A stretch of 42,713 nucleotides of DNA from a virus (lineage: Duplodnaviria > Heunggongvirae > Uroviricota > Caudoviricetes): positions 1 to 42,713 of the IMG/VR virus record IMGVR_UViG_2636415959_000003. One strand, given 5' to 3'. This document shows positions 18,687-27,339 of the stretch, piece after piece (the first letter of the stretch is position 1; each line of letters starts with the position of its first letter). The notes beneath the pieces were generated by a model. The model was not told the origin of the DNA and ran no database searches. It saw nothing but the letters and a program-made list of their open reading frames with translations. A program made the position numbers and the translations under genes.

Positions 18687-20004
18687 TCTCGATATCCTCG
18701 TCGGTAATGGATGCCCCGATGCCGGTGACGTCAGAGTTTTCGCGCAGGTCGGTCATCGCCGCCTTACGCGTCATCAATCCGTCGCCCAGCGCGGTACTGA
18801 TCGCGTTGGTGGTGTTTACGGCCACCGTTGATCGGTCAACGTCAGACATTTGCCATAGCGGGTTAAACTCAAACGTGAAATCGTCCGGCAGCGGCTTACC
18901 GAGTTCCGAGCGGTGCATAATGTCCAGTATCCGGCGCATCGGCAGCCGTAAGCGGCGCTCCTGCAATGAGCTCACCCGGTCGTAATAGTTGGCGAGGTCT
19001 GCGTCACCAGTAGAGAAGCCTTTCGGGGATTGACCGAACAGGCGTACCAGCGGGATACCAACGGCACCGCTGATCTGCTCAGCAAACTGCGAAAGAATGT
19101 CATCCAGACCGCTGAAGCTGTACTGGTGGGTTTCGAACTTATCCCGCGAGTCCATGAGCGTCATGCCTTCATTGCTCTGGAACTGGCGGATCAGGTCGAT
19201 GTTCTTCAGCAACGCTTCGAACGCCGGGCCTCCAAGCGCGATAAGCTCGCGCAACTTCTCCACGCTATAGGTACGCAGATGCGCTTTATAGACCAGCTGC
19301 GCCGCGCCGACAGTAGCGCTATCGAACGCAGTAAGCCGATCCCAGATACGCTCTACAACCGACATTCCCCATTCGTTTTCGGTCATCTTCTGCTGGAATG
19401 GCAGCGTGACGCCATCAAAGCGGATCAGGCGGCTGTGATGGATGCGCCAGGCCGGAATGCCCGTTGCGGTGGTCACCACGTCGTAAAACTCAGGCTTGCC
19501 GAGGTCCGGCCCCATCTCTTTAATGCGGCGTGTCAGCACCGGGTTAATCATCCAGCGGTCGAGCGGGAGAATGCCCTTAAACTTGCCCTCGCCAATGGTT
19601 TCGAGTCGCAGCGGGGTCATTGGTGCTTGCCCCTCGATCATGATGAAGCCGACCGCGCCGCCGTAGAGGCGCGACCATTTCAGCACGTCGTTCAGCGCAT
19701 CCCAGATCTGCAACTCATCCAGTTGCGCTTCGAGGGTGCCACGGTCTTTGGCGTCAATCTCCGAAGTGATGCGAATGCCTTTGCGGGTCATATCGTCCGG
19801 GATAGCGTCGACCGCTTCGCCGATAACCCACGAACCGCGATATGACCATTCCACCAGCATGCGGTTGCGGCTGGTGAAGTTCGCCCGGTAGGTCGATGCT
19901 GAATGCTGGTTAGGCGTCTGCATCCCCACGCGGGCGACAAAGTTCTCATAGCCATCAGCGGTGGCCTGCGCCGTTCGCTGAGAGGCTTGCTTGTTTCGTG
20001 CCAT
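18535..20004 (-). CDS. Portal protein
   Basis: About 490 aa from ATG at 20004 (GGGAGG RBS, overlaps terminase stop); position after the terminase large subunit. Confidence 0.75.
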   Translation of the reverse strand: MARNKQASQRTAQATADGYENFVARVGMQTPNQHSASTYRANFTSRNRMLVEWSYRGSWVIGEAVDAIPDDMTRKGIRITSEIDAKDRGTLEAQLDELQIWDALNDVLKWSRLYGGAVGFIMIEGQAPMTPLRLETIGEGKFKGILPLDRWMINPVLTRRIKEMGPDLGKPEFYDVVTTATGIPAWRIHHSRLIRFDGVTLPFQQKMTENEWGMSVVERIWDRLTAFDSATVGAAQLVYKAHLRTYSVEKLRELIALGGPAFEALLKNIDLIRQFQSNEGMTLMDSRDKFETHQYSFSGLDDILSQFAEQISGAVGIPLVRLFGQSPKGFSTGDADLANYYDRVSSLQERRLRLPMRRILDIMHRSELGKPLPDDFTFEFNPLWQMSDVDRSTVAVNTTNAISTALGDGLMTRKAAMTDLRENSDVTGIGASITDEDIENAEDEAPPGIGELGDKPPEPPGGDPISNEPTADSAGGRGYRKWSLRWFKR

Positions 20005-21449
20005 CAGGCTTGCCTCCCGAGCAATTCCCAAATATCCATTGTTGTATCGGTCGGCGCGAACGCCATTATGAAAGCGTCGGCAATGTTAGGTGAGGGGATA
20101 TCGCGCTTAGCCAAATCTTTCTTGCTTTCAACCATAACCCTACCGTTACGATCAAAGTCTCGGTGCGGGGTCGTCAGCTCAAGCTTTAGTTTCTCCAGGT
20201 GCGGGCACGATGAATCGATACTTATCAACTCATCAACAGGATATTCCTCTCCATTTTTCACCGCGTTGAACGTATTACGAAAGCGATCAGCTACCAGCCA
20301 CCATGCCTGGGCTTTCAGATTGGCAAAGAAGTCTTTATTCGGAATGCCGTTATATTCAGAATCTGGCTCGTTCACACCAGCGCCAGCATTGAAGCGTTGA
20401 TAATTAACTGGTCGTGAATAAGGATTTTCACGTCGTCTGTCTTCGTTAATTTCCGAGAATTTAGCACCAGCAGAAGCGCCAACACCAATGGAGTCATAAA
20501 CGATATCAGCACTTCTCTCTGTGGCTGCCTGATATGCCCGCTGGCAGCTTTTAAGAAGCTCGTCTTCTTTTGCCTTCCATTCATCAGCCCAATACACAAC
20601 GGAGCCATGACGATAAACATTGGAGCACTTATCCGCACCGCTATCGGCAACGTCGAAGCCTATTCGCTTTCGTCCGTTTGGCTCAAAACCAAGCACCTTA
20701 TGGGCATCTATTGCAGCCTCAATCCACGAAAGTTTAATAATTGCCGCGTCATCATCAGATTCGGGAACCCCCATATAAACGTGGTCAAACCCCTCCGGAT
20801 CACGACGCTTTGCAGCCGAGATAACCTTAAGCATGGTGTCTGAGAGGAATGGGTTTTCGTCGTAATTGATTTTTCGCACCAACGTATCTTCTGGTGGATC
20901 AACAACGAAATTACGCCATACAAAGTCAGTCACCAGACCAGGGTTAAAAATAAACCAGCATTCAGATCCGCTTTTACGAATGGTTGGTTCCAGTATCTTC
21001 CACTGGTATTCCGTTAGTGCATGGGCTTCTTCAAGCCACAAAACGCTGATACCTTCCAGGGATTTAATTTCTTCGATATTGCGCCATAAACCGTAAAACA
21101 CGAATTCTGAGCCAGTGACCCGGTTGATAATTTTATTATTCAGAATTCGGAAGCGATGCCGCAGCCCAAACCGTTCAATCTGTATTTTGAGCAGGGTATA
21201 AACCGACTCTTCGATTTTGTTCTGAATTTGACGTGCGCAACAGAAACGCAGGTTGTATTTATTTGCCAGAAAGACAGCAAACCCAGCAGCATCCCATGAC
21301 TTTGACGATGAGCGCCCACCAAAAAGTACTTTATTTCGAGCCTGTGTCGTCCAGAAGTTCCTTAGGGCCGGATTCAGGGTCGGTTTGGATGTCAGAGTAG
21401 AAGTCATTAAGGTCACGATCTCCATTACCGTCATCAACGCCAGCATCAC
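20004..21449 (-). CDS. Terminase large subunit
   Basis: Walker A-like GGRSSSKS near the N-terminus; about 480 aa. Start may be internal (ATG at 21407). Confidence 0.85.
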   Translation of the reverse strand: MMLALMTVMEIVTLMTSTLTSKPTLNPALRNFWTTQARNKVLFGGRSSSKSWDAAGFAVFLANKYNLRFCCARQIQNKIEESVYTLLKIQIERFGLRHRFRILNNKIINRVTGSEFVFYGLWRNIEEIKSLEGISVLWLEEAHALTEYQWKILEPTIRKSGSECWFIFNPGLVTDFVWRNFVVDPPEDTLVRKINYDENPFLSDTMLKVISAAKRRDPEGFDHVYMGVPESDDDAAIIKLSWIEAAIDAHKVLGFEPNGRKRIGFDVADSGADKCSNVYRHGSVVYWADEWKAKEDELLKSCQRAYQAATERSADIVYDSIGVGASAGAKFSEINEDRRRENPYSRPVNYQRFNAGAGVNEPDSEYNGIPNKDFFANLKAQAWWLVADRFRNTFNAVKNGEEYPVDELISIDSSCPHLEKLKLELTTPHRDFDRNGRVMVESKKDLAKRDIPSPNIADAFIMAFAPTDTTMDIWELLGRQA

Positions 21450-22086
21450 GACGAAGGCGATCCGCTTCCAGAGACACTTTGTCAGTGGAGGCGAGCCGAT
21501 GCTCTATAGATGCCTTTGTGAATTCCAGCGACTCAATGCGGGCCGTGTTACGGTGCATGGCTTTTTGCGCAGATGAAATTAGCTCGTGAAGATTATTGGC
21601 GGTATCGCCATCAGCTATTTCAAGCTCAGTCTGCCAGCGGCCAATATTTTCAGCAGCGGTAAGGTTCGCCGCACGCAACCAGAAAAGCTCATCATCAAGA
21701 GTGAGCGCCTGAGCATCCTCGGTAATGGCATCAGATAGAAGCATTCGGCGTCCATAGCCACCATGCTTCAATGCGTTCTGATTTCCGGGTCTGGAATTAT
21801 AATGAGCGCGTTTCGTTTCTGGTGAGTTTGATGGTTTTGCGACTTCGCAGTTATCCACTAAGCCCGCTGGTGGCTTACTCTTTGCCACTTTCTCCTTTTG
21901 CGAATTCGCAGTTTTATTCGCACTTTTCTTTTGCGAATTCGCACTACCATTCGCAATTTTGATATAGCGCTTTGCAGTCGAGTAATTCAGTCCCTGCGCT
22001 TCGCACCATTCTTTGGGGGAAATGCCGGTTTTGGCATGTTCGGACAGGAACCGTTGCTGAAGCTCGCCCCAGTCCGGCTTTGCCAT
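21331..22086 (-). CDS. Terminase small subunit (HTH DNA-binding N-terminus)
   Basis: 251 aa immediately upstream of the large subunit; N-terminal HTH-like segment (GISPKEWCEAQGLNYSTAKRYIK). Confidence 0.65.
   Translation of the reverse strand: MAKPDWGELQQRFLSEHAKTGISPKEWCEAQGLNYSTAKRYIKIANGSANSQKKSANKTANSQKEKVAKSKPPAGLVDNCEVAKPSNSPETKRAHYNSRPGNQNALKHGGYGRRMLLSDAITEDAQALTLDDELFWLRAANLTAAENIGRWQTELEIADGDTANNLHELISSAQKAMHRNTARIESLEFTKASIEHRLASTDKVSLEADRLRRDAGVDDGNGDRDLNDFYSDIQTDPESGPKELLDDTGSK
21844..21955. repeat. Cluster of TTCGCA motifs including two exact 16-bp direct repeats (CTTTTGCGAATTCGCA) inside the small terminase gene; candidate pac region
   Basis: Five TTCGCA copies; 16-mers at about 21895-21910 and 21928-21943. 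Confidence 0.3.
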
Positions 22087-22143
22087 GAATATTTCCTCTT
22101 AATGACATTATCGAAGCCCCTCAGTGAAGAGCTTCTGTAATGG

Positions 22144-22401
22144 CTACTTCGTTTTTGCTTCCGCTCTTTTACGGCGGCGCTCTTCTTTCTTCTCGGCGTT
22201 TGCCATGTCCATGAATGCCTGCATGATCGAGTTCCTCATCATGTAACTGACAAAGTGATGATTGACGCAGCCGTTGAGACGGAGTTGCTCGCCAAACTCA
22301 TCCACCGAGGCCAATGCTTCCATCATGCCCTTCTCGCCTTTCATGAACTCTGAGAAGTCGCGCCCCGCTCTGGAGGCGCATTCAATGACACGATCACTCA
22401 T
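22144..22401 (-). CDS. Hypothetical small protein
   Basis: 85 aa; ATGA-coupled to the KilA-N gene. Confidence 0.45.
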   Translation of the reverse strand: MSDRVIECASRAGRDFSEFMKGEKGMMEALASVDEFGEQLRLNGCVNHHFVSYMMRNSIMQAFMDMANAEKKEERRRKRAEAKTK

Positions 22402-22895
22402 CCCGGAAGCCCGGGGATCGTAATCTGCAGCTGGTTAGCCAGGGAGTTAATCTCAGCGACCAACACTGGCTTCGTATAGCGCCATGCTGCCAGCCCTTGT
22501 CCGCAGAAGCTCGCCATGTCTTTCTTCTGGTCAAACTCATGACATTTCATGTTGAGCTGCGCACTTAAGCTGTTGCGATGCTGAAGTTCTCCGGTGAAGT
22601 AGTCATCGAGGACTTTATAGGCCGCGTACTTGAACCCGGGGTTTAACCAAGCCGCATAATCGTAAGCAACAAACTTCCCGCCATATGTTCCACCGTGTAC
22701 ACCGCGCTCAGTAAAAACCACAGATTCGTGGTTTTTCTCCAGCTCGGCTAAGAACTCTTTGGTCTGCTTGTTTCGCAGGTAGTGGTAAGGCGATTCAGAT
22801 TCACTTTTACCACTGGCTTTCCACATATCAGTGAGGCAGATCATGCCATCTTCACCGATACGAATTGGTTGATTGAAGAGGGTTAATGATTTCAT
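22398..22895 (-). CDS. KilA-N domain protein (possible antirepressor-like)
   Basis: Start MKSLTLF at 22895. N-terminal DGMICLTDMWKASGK…YLRNKQTKEFLAEL matches the KilA-N pattern. Confidence 0.6.
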   Translation of the reverse strand: MKSLTLFNQPIRIGEDGMICLTDMWKASGKSESESPYHYLRNKQTKEFLAELEKNHESVVFTERGVHGGTYGGKFVAYDYAAWLNPGFKYAAYKVLDDYFTGELQHRNSLSAQLNMKCHEFDQKKDMASFCGQGLAAWRYTKPVLVAEINSLANQLQITIPGLPG

Positions 22896-23043
22896 TTCGC
22901 TGATACCTTTTGGTGGTTGAGCCTGTTCTCGTAGATACGGGCAGCCCAAGAGCGGTCAGCGTTACCACTGCCCTATCTCAAGCTCTACCCCGAAAGGCTC
23001 TTGGTTGATATGCGCACGAGAATGCGCGGTTTACTGCGGACAT

Positions 23044-23067
23044 AAAAAAGCCCGACCGAAGTCAGGC
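23044..23067 (-). terminator. Rho-independent terminator after lysis cassette (UUCG tetraloop hairpin plus U-run)
   Basis: Stem GCCTGAC/GTCGGGC with TTCG loop, followed by a T-run on the minus strand. Confidence 0.55.
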
Positions 23068-23087
23068 TCTGTTATTTGGGTAACGAA

Positions 23088-23561
23088 TCATTTAAGACAC
23101 TGCTCTTTGATGTAGTCCTGCATGCCGCGAATCATCTTGTCAGCGGTTGCGATTCCGTCCCGGTGATCGAAATAATTCCGTCGAGCGTCTGGAGTAAGTT
23201 CGGGGGCTCCTGCATCATCCACGCCGGTGGAGGAGGTGGCTTTTGGCACTCCAGGGCAGGTTGCGGCGATGCGCAGCCGTTTAGCGCCAGAATCGACATC
23301 CCGACGCAAATCGTTAATGGTTTTTTTCGCATCGGACAATTCCTTCGTGTATTTGGCATCCAGCGCAGCAACATCGCGCTGACGCACCTGCATGTCTTTG
23401 ATGGTGGCGTTCGCCAGGCGGAGACTCTTGGTGGCTTTGTCGCGCTGGTCTTTGTAGGTGATGGCGTTGTCGCGGTACCGGTTTACGAAGAACGCCAGCA
23501 CGCCGATTAACGCCACCACCAGCAGCTGCAACCAGTAACGTTTGACCATATCGCCAATCAT
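23088..23561 (-). CDS. Rz-like i-spanin
   Basis: N-terminal TM helix (WLQLLVVALIGVLAFF), coiled-coil periplasmic part; ATGA overlap with lysozyme stop. Confidence 0.7.
   Translation of the reverse strand: MIGDMVKRYWLQLLVVALIGVLAFFVNRYRDNAITYKDQRDKATKSLRLANATIKDMQVRQRDVAALDAKYTKELSDAKKTINDLRRDVDSGAKRLRIAATCPGVPKATSSTGVDDAGAPELTPDARRNYFDHRDGIATADKMIRGMQDYIKEQCLK
23132..23332 (-). CDS. Rz1-like o-spanin (embedded in Rz, +1 frame)
   Basis: MRKKPLTICVGMSILALNGC lipobox-like signal followed by a Pro-rich segment (PPPPPA), entirely inside Rz. Confidence 0.6.
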   Translation of the reverse strand: MRKKPLTICVGMSILALNGCASPQPALECQKPPPPPAWMMQEPPNLLQTLDGIISITGTESQPLTR

Positions 23562-23998
23562 GACAGGAACAGAGCCCGCTCTGCCTCCCGGCGACGGGTG
23601 AGCCCATTCAGGACTTTACCACCAGCTTTATTCCAGCGCAGGAACTCATCGGCAGCGCCAGCGTAATCACCGGCGTTGAGTTTTCGCAGAAGGGTCGATG
23701 TCGACAGTGACCGGGCGCCGAGGTTGTAAGTGAACGACACCAGAGCATCGAATTGCCCCTGAGTCAGGTCAACTTTGACCAGGCGGGACACGTCGTTTTC
23801 ATAGCTGACCAGCCCGGTCTTCAGCAGGCGTTCTGCAGTTTCCTGCTTAATCGTCATCCCGGCTCGGATCGGTTTGCCGTCGACAGGCTTGGTCCAGCCA
23901 TAGCCGATCGTCCACACTCCGACGCTGTCCTGATACGCGGTGAGCTTGCAGCCTTCGAACTGCTTGATCAGGGCAATGCCTTTATCACTGGTTTGCAT
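23558..23998 (-). CDS. Endolysin (phage lysozyme, GH24-type)
   Basis: FEGCKLTAYQDSVGVWTIGYG catalytic Glu/Asp/Thr motif region; 146 aa. Confidence 0.9.
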   Translation of the reverse strand: MQTSDKGIALIKQFEGCKLTAYQDSVGVWTIGYGWTKPVDGKPIRAGMTIKQETAERLLKTGLVSYENDVSRLVKVDLTQGQFDALVSFTYNLGARSLSTSTLLRKLNAGDYAGAADEFLRWNKAGGKVLNGLTRRREAERALFLS

Positions 23999-24302
23999 TC
24001 TTCATCCCCGTCAGACGTTCCCAGAAATAGGTCAGAGCCACGGAGCCCATCGCCCCGCTAATGCCTGACGTAACCAGAATCATGTAAAGGCTCAGCCCAC
24101 TTTCTACGCTGATTAGGCCACCAATAAGACCGGTAAAGCCGGACACTGCAATTTGTGCCAGCGCATTAATCCAGCTCCAGGTGGCTTTGTTCTGCTTAAC
24201 GTCAATAAGGTATCGGACCAGGCCGCCCCAGCATGACAGAGCAAGGACAATCAGCCATGACACTCCGGCAATGCTTTCTTTATCTTGCATACGTTTAGCC
24301 AT
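23985..24302 (-). CDS. Holin (class I-like, dual-start motif MAKRM)
   Basis: 105 aa with three hydrophobic segments; GGAGGTG RBS; overlaps lysozyme start. Confidence 0.75.
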   Translation of the reverse strand: MAKRMQDKESIAGVSWLIVLALSCWGGLVRYLIDVKQNKATWSWINALAQIAVSGFTGLIGGLISVESGLSLYMILVTSGISGAMGSVALTYFWERLTGMKNANQ

Positions 24303-24400
24303 ATCACCTCCGAAAGAACGGGGTGCTGTTTGTAGTAAGGGATCAGGCCCTCGGGACGATTTAACAAGTAGGCGTGTCGATGATGGTTCCCGGAGCCTGA

Positions 24401-24427
24401 AATAAAAAAACCCGGCGACAGGCCGGG
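24401..24427 (-). terminator. Rho-independent terminator (tR'-like) between Q and holin
   Basis: CCCGGC-ctgtc-GCCGGG followed by U7 on the minus strand. Confidence 0.6.
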
Positions 24428-24500
24428 AAGATGAGGGCAAGTTAATGTCGGCTCTCTGGCCGAAGGGTCCCAGGCAGTGGGTTCTGTGTGCGGCGTACCG

Positions 24501-24531
24501 CAAATAAAAAAGCCCCGCACGATGGCGAGGC
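24501..24531 (-). terminator. Second candidate terminator hairpin plus U-run between Q and holin
   Basis: Imperfect 7-bp stem followed by TTTTTTATTT on the minus strand. Confidence 0.35.
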
Positions 24532-24593
24532 TTGGCATTCATTCATGTCACACACAACAACGGCAACATATACGATTTATTCTGCTCATTTGT

Positions 24594-25094
24594 TCATTGA
24601 AAAGCAAGCGCGTTATGAGGATTTTTTGCAATTTTCCTCACATTTTCGCGATTGTTAAACGCATTTTGCAGCGGTTGGTACAAACAGAACAGTGAGGCGT
24701 TGATGATTTGCTTCACCTCTCTACGGATTGTCGAGATGCTTGGGTGTTTATACTGATTTCCGCCACGCGTCTTCATCAGGCGAGGCTTACTTACTGCATG
24801 CTGCCATGATGCAATTCGGATCTCGCTGGAGTTACAAACGTAGTAGGCGAAGACAACCCGCCAGGCATTTTCATCCACATTCTTCAGATAGTGACGAATG
24901 ACAGCATCAATGAGCATCCCGTCATCATCACTACATACCGGTCGTGATGCTTGCTGGGGCTCGACGGTAGCCATGAATCTGGCAATCATGTTGATCATCG
25001 CTTTATCAATCTTGCCGGTCTGGCACCATGCGCCCCACAACTGGAGCCACTGGTCTACCCATTGATGCTGGTCGTTGGTTAATTCCAGTTTCAT
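24594..25094 (-). CDS. Q: Late-gene antiterminator Q (Q82-type family, tentative)
   Basis: 166 aa immediately upstream of the late promoter/terminator region and lysis cassette. Confidence 0.65.
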   Translation of the reverse strand: MKLELTNDQHQWVDQWLQLWGAWCQTGKIDKAMINMIARFMATVEPQQASRPVCSDDDGMLIDAVIRHYLKNVDENAWRVVFAYYVCNSSEIRIASWQHAVSKPRLMKTRGGNQYKHPSISTIRREVKQIINASLFCLYQPLQNAFNNRENVRKIAKNPHNALAFQ

Positions 25095-25206
25095 TATGCG
25101 GCTTCCTTCTGTGGCTGGTTGGTTTTGGTCTGGCTGTGCTTTGCTATTGGCGGCAGGTTGGCGCGCTTAACGCTTTCTGCCTGGTAGCGGATAATCTGGT
25201 CACGTG

Positions 25207-25590
25207 TCATTCGTCCACCCTCTCGTTCTGCCAGAGAGGAAGTGGTGACTTATCCCCAGCGCGGCGTATGCGGGATTTGGCGTTCTTCTCAATCTGAATG
25301 AGTTTCTCGATATTCTGACGGCGCTGCTTTTCTTCCCGGCGGAGATATTTCACGTTCTCCATATAGCGAGACTCCTGGTCGCAGAGCGTCATCAGGAAGT
25401 CAAAAGGCTCGATCAACGTTTCGCACTTCCTGCAGCGTAAGGTCCGGTCCTTTTCGTTAACCCAAACGGTGGAGTGCAGGCACATTACCTTCTGTCCTTC
25501 GCGCTGAATAACGAGCCCATCCTGTAGGTCGTTATTCTTTGACGGGAAAGCGACAACCTTGCCCAGTTCAATTTCTGTTTCTGTGCTCAT
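25207..25590 (-). CDS. Hypothetical nin-region protein (Cys-containing)
   Basis: 127 aa; ATGA-coupled to NinG. Confidence 0.45.
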   Translation of the reverse strand: MSTETEIELGKVVAFPSKNNDLQDGLVIQREGQKVMCLHSTVWVNEKDRTLRCRKCETLIEPFDFLMTLCDQESRYMENVKYLRREEKQRRQNIEKLIQIEKNAKSRIRRAGDKSPLPLWQNERVDE

Positions 25591-26228
25591 GCGGCCTCCC
25601 GTTGTTTCAATGCTTTGAGTTTGGCGCGGTACTCATCGCGGATCCGGATGAAATCTTCCCGGCGGTAGTTGGTCATTTCGTGGGGGCCATTGAGCCAGTC
25701 GACGTATTCCTGTCCGTAACGAGCAACCAGACCGGCTTCGTATTGCTGCGCTACGGTCGCCTCCTTGGCGGTGTACTTTCCGGCACCGGCATTACACGAT
25801 TTGCACTGCTTATGGGCGTTGCGCTCTTCAAAGCGAAGTTCTGGGTTGGCGCCGACCGTTTTGAAGTGGCCGCAGTCCCACTGGCCGCCATGTAAATCAG
25901 GTGGATTGGTCTCTCCGCAGCTGATGCATGGCAAATCAGCGTCACGCGCTCGGATGTAGGCGTTGAACGCCTGCTGAGCCTGCGCCTTGTAGTAACCGGC
26001 AGGCCGAAGCTCTGCCAGCCGTTCCTTGCGGCGTTTGCGACCGGCCTTCTCGGCGTCCTTCTGCTCCTTGATGCGCTTAGCAGCGGCTTTCACCTTCTCC
26101 TTTTCGCGTTCTTCCATTGCGAGGATTGTGCCGTGCTCAGGGCTGCACCAGCGGATCCGGATGTCGTGGAATTTAGGCACGAAGTATTCACCGCATACTT
26201 TGCACTTACGGCGGGATGGTTTACGCAT
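25587..26228 (-). CDS. ninG: NinG / Rap recombination-associated protein
   Basis: 213 aa; Cys-rich pattern (CKVCGEYF…CISCGE…CGHF…CKSC) typical of NinG. Confidence 0.75.
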   Translation of the reverse strand: MRKPSRRKCKVCGEYFVPKFHDIRIRWCSPEHGTILAMEEREKEKVKAAAKRIKEQKDAEKAGRKRRKERLAELRPAGYYKAQAQQAFNAYIRARDADLPCISCGETNPPDLHGGQWDCGHFKTVGANPELRFEERNAHKQCKSCNAGAGKYTAKEATVAQQYEAGLVARYGQEYVDWLNGPHEMTNYRREDFIRIRDEYRAKLKALKQREAA

Positions 26229-26391
26229 GACCTCTCCTCGCCGCGAGACGCAGCCATTTCTGATCCACCAGGCGGGCGGTGTAGCCTTTCAAGGTCGGGA
26301 TGTCGGACGGCTTAACCGCGGGCTTACGCTTGCGGCGCGCAGGAACGCGGAAGATTTCGTTTGTGATGACGCGGGAAAGTGGAGTAGACAT
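26221..26391 (-). CDS. Small basic protein (56 aa), not in the supplied ORF track
   Basis: ATG at 26391 overlaps the NinB stop (TGATG); GGAGG RBS; stop overlaps the NinG start. Translation MSTPLSRVITNEIFRVPARRKRKPAVKPSD… read directly. Confidence 0.4.
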   Translation of the reverse strand: MSTPLSRVITNEIFRVPARRKRKPAVKPSDIPTLKGYTARLVDQKWLRLAARRGHA

Positions 26392-26846
26392 CAGGCCTCC
26401 TGCTTATCGCGTAGTTGCTGGTACTCGCAGCTCTGCGGGATGGTCAGGTGGCAGCCGATATTCATCGCCCAGGCTTCGACTTTGCACAGGAAAATGTACA
26501 TCTCGCCCGTTTCCAGCTCTGACGTATGACGTAGGGATTGGACGGTGGTGACCTCGCCAGACACGACGTCTACACGGTCCTTGCTTTCGTAGCCGAGATA
26601 GGTGTGCTTCATCGCGTCTTTGACCCACTCAGGCGTAGCGAAGGTCTTGCCGCGCGCGATCAGGTACTCGCTAATTTCCGTGTACCACATGTGGCTGAGC
26701 GCGTTCTGCGACAGGCTGCGCTTCTCGCGCCATGGCTTAACCTGAAGGCGGAAGCATTGCCCGTCATTCAGAAGTGGGTGAAGGTGCTGGGTGATAGCAT
26801 TAATATTGCCACGATGAAGCTTGATGCCGTCTTTTGGGAGAATCAT
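26391..26846 (-). CDS. ninB: NinB recombination protein
   Basis: Start MILPKDG at 26846 with GGAGGTG RBS; KRSLSQNALSHMW motif similar to lambda NinB (RSLDQN) as recalled. Confidence 0.7.
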   Translation of the reverse strand: MILPKDGIKLHRGNINAITQHLHPLLNDGQCFRLQVKPWREKRSLSQNALSHMWYTEISEYLIARGKTFATPEWVKDAMKHTYLGYESKDRVDVVSGEVTTVQSLRHTSELETGEMYIFLCKVEAWAMNIGCHLTIPQSCEYQQLRDKQEA

Positions 26847-27019
26847 ACGCCACCTCCGAGAGGTAACGCAGAATACAGAAAATCGCAGGTGCATTTCTGC
26901 ATCTGTGACAATGTGAGGAGTTCAGATTGTGGTCGCATTTAAGTCCCCTTAAATGCGCAGAAGTCACTGACGGGTGTTCAGGCCGTCAGCAAAGAAAGTA
27001 TGGACGGTTGATTCAACAA

Positions 27020-27052
27020 AATCAACTAAAGAGAAAGGCCTCCGAAGAGGCC
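27020..27052 (-). terminator. Rho-independent terminator upstream of nin region (tR2-like position)
   Basis: GGCCTC-cgaa-GAGGCC hairpin followed by a U-rich tract on the minus strand. Confidence 0.45.
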
Positions 27053-27096
27053 CTGGGCGGGTCGATATGTGAATCCCCATATCGCTTGTATGGTAG

Positions 27097-27339
27097 CTAT
27101 GTCAACTCAGGCAGTTTGAAGCCAGCCATGTCTTCTGCCCGGATGGGAGGTGACAGGCAGTCAGCAAAGACCAGTGAACCATCGAGCAAGATAACGAAAC
27201 TCCACCCTCTGAACAGGCTGGCGCTACACCAGTCGGCCTTAAGCGGCACATCTGGCATCCTGTCCGGGAAGGTTGGGTAATGCTCTGCAAGCCACTCCAT
27301 GGCGTCGCAGCGGTTGATGGTGTAATTGTCGTACATCAT
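27097..27339 (-). CDS. Hypothetical protein
   Basis: 80 aa; ATGA-coupled. Confidence 0.4.
   Translation of the reverse strand: MMYDNYTINRCDAMEWLAEHYPTFPDRMPDVPLKADWCSASLFRGWSFVILLDGSLVFADCLSPPIRAEDMAGFKLPELT

Noticed and set aside
24303-24593. tRNA or other structured RNA gene between Q and holin
   Set aside because: No cloverleaf-compatible arrangement was found by eye; the structures present are better explained as terminators of the late leader RNA.
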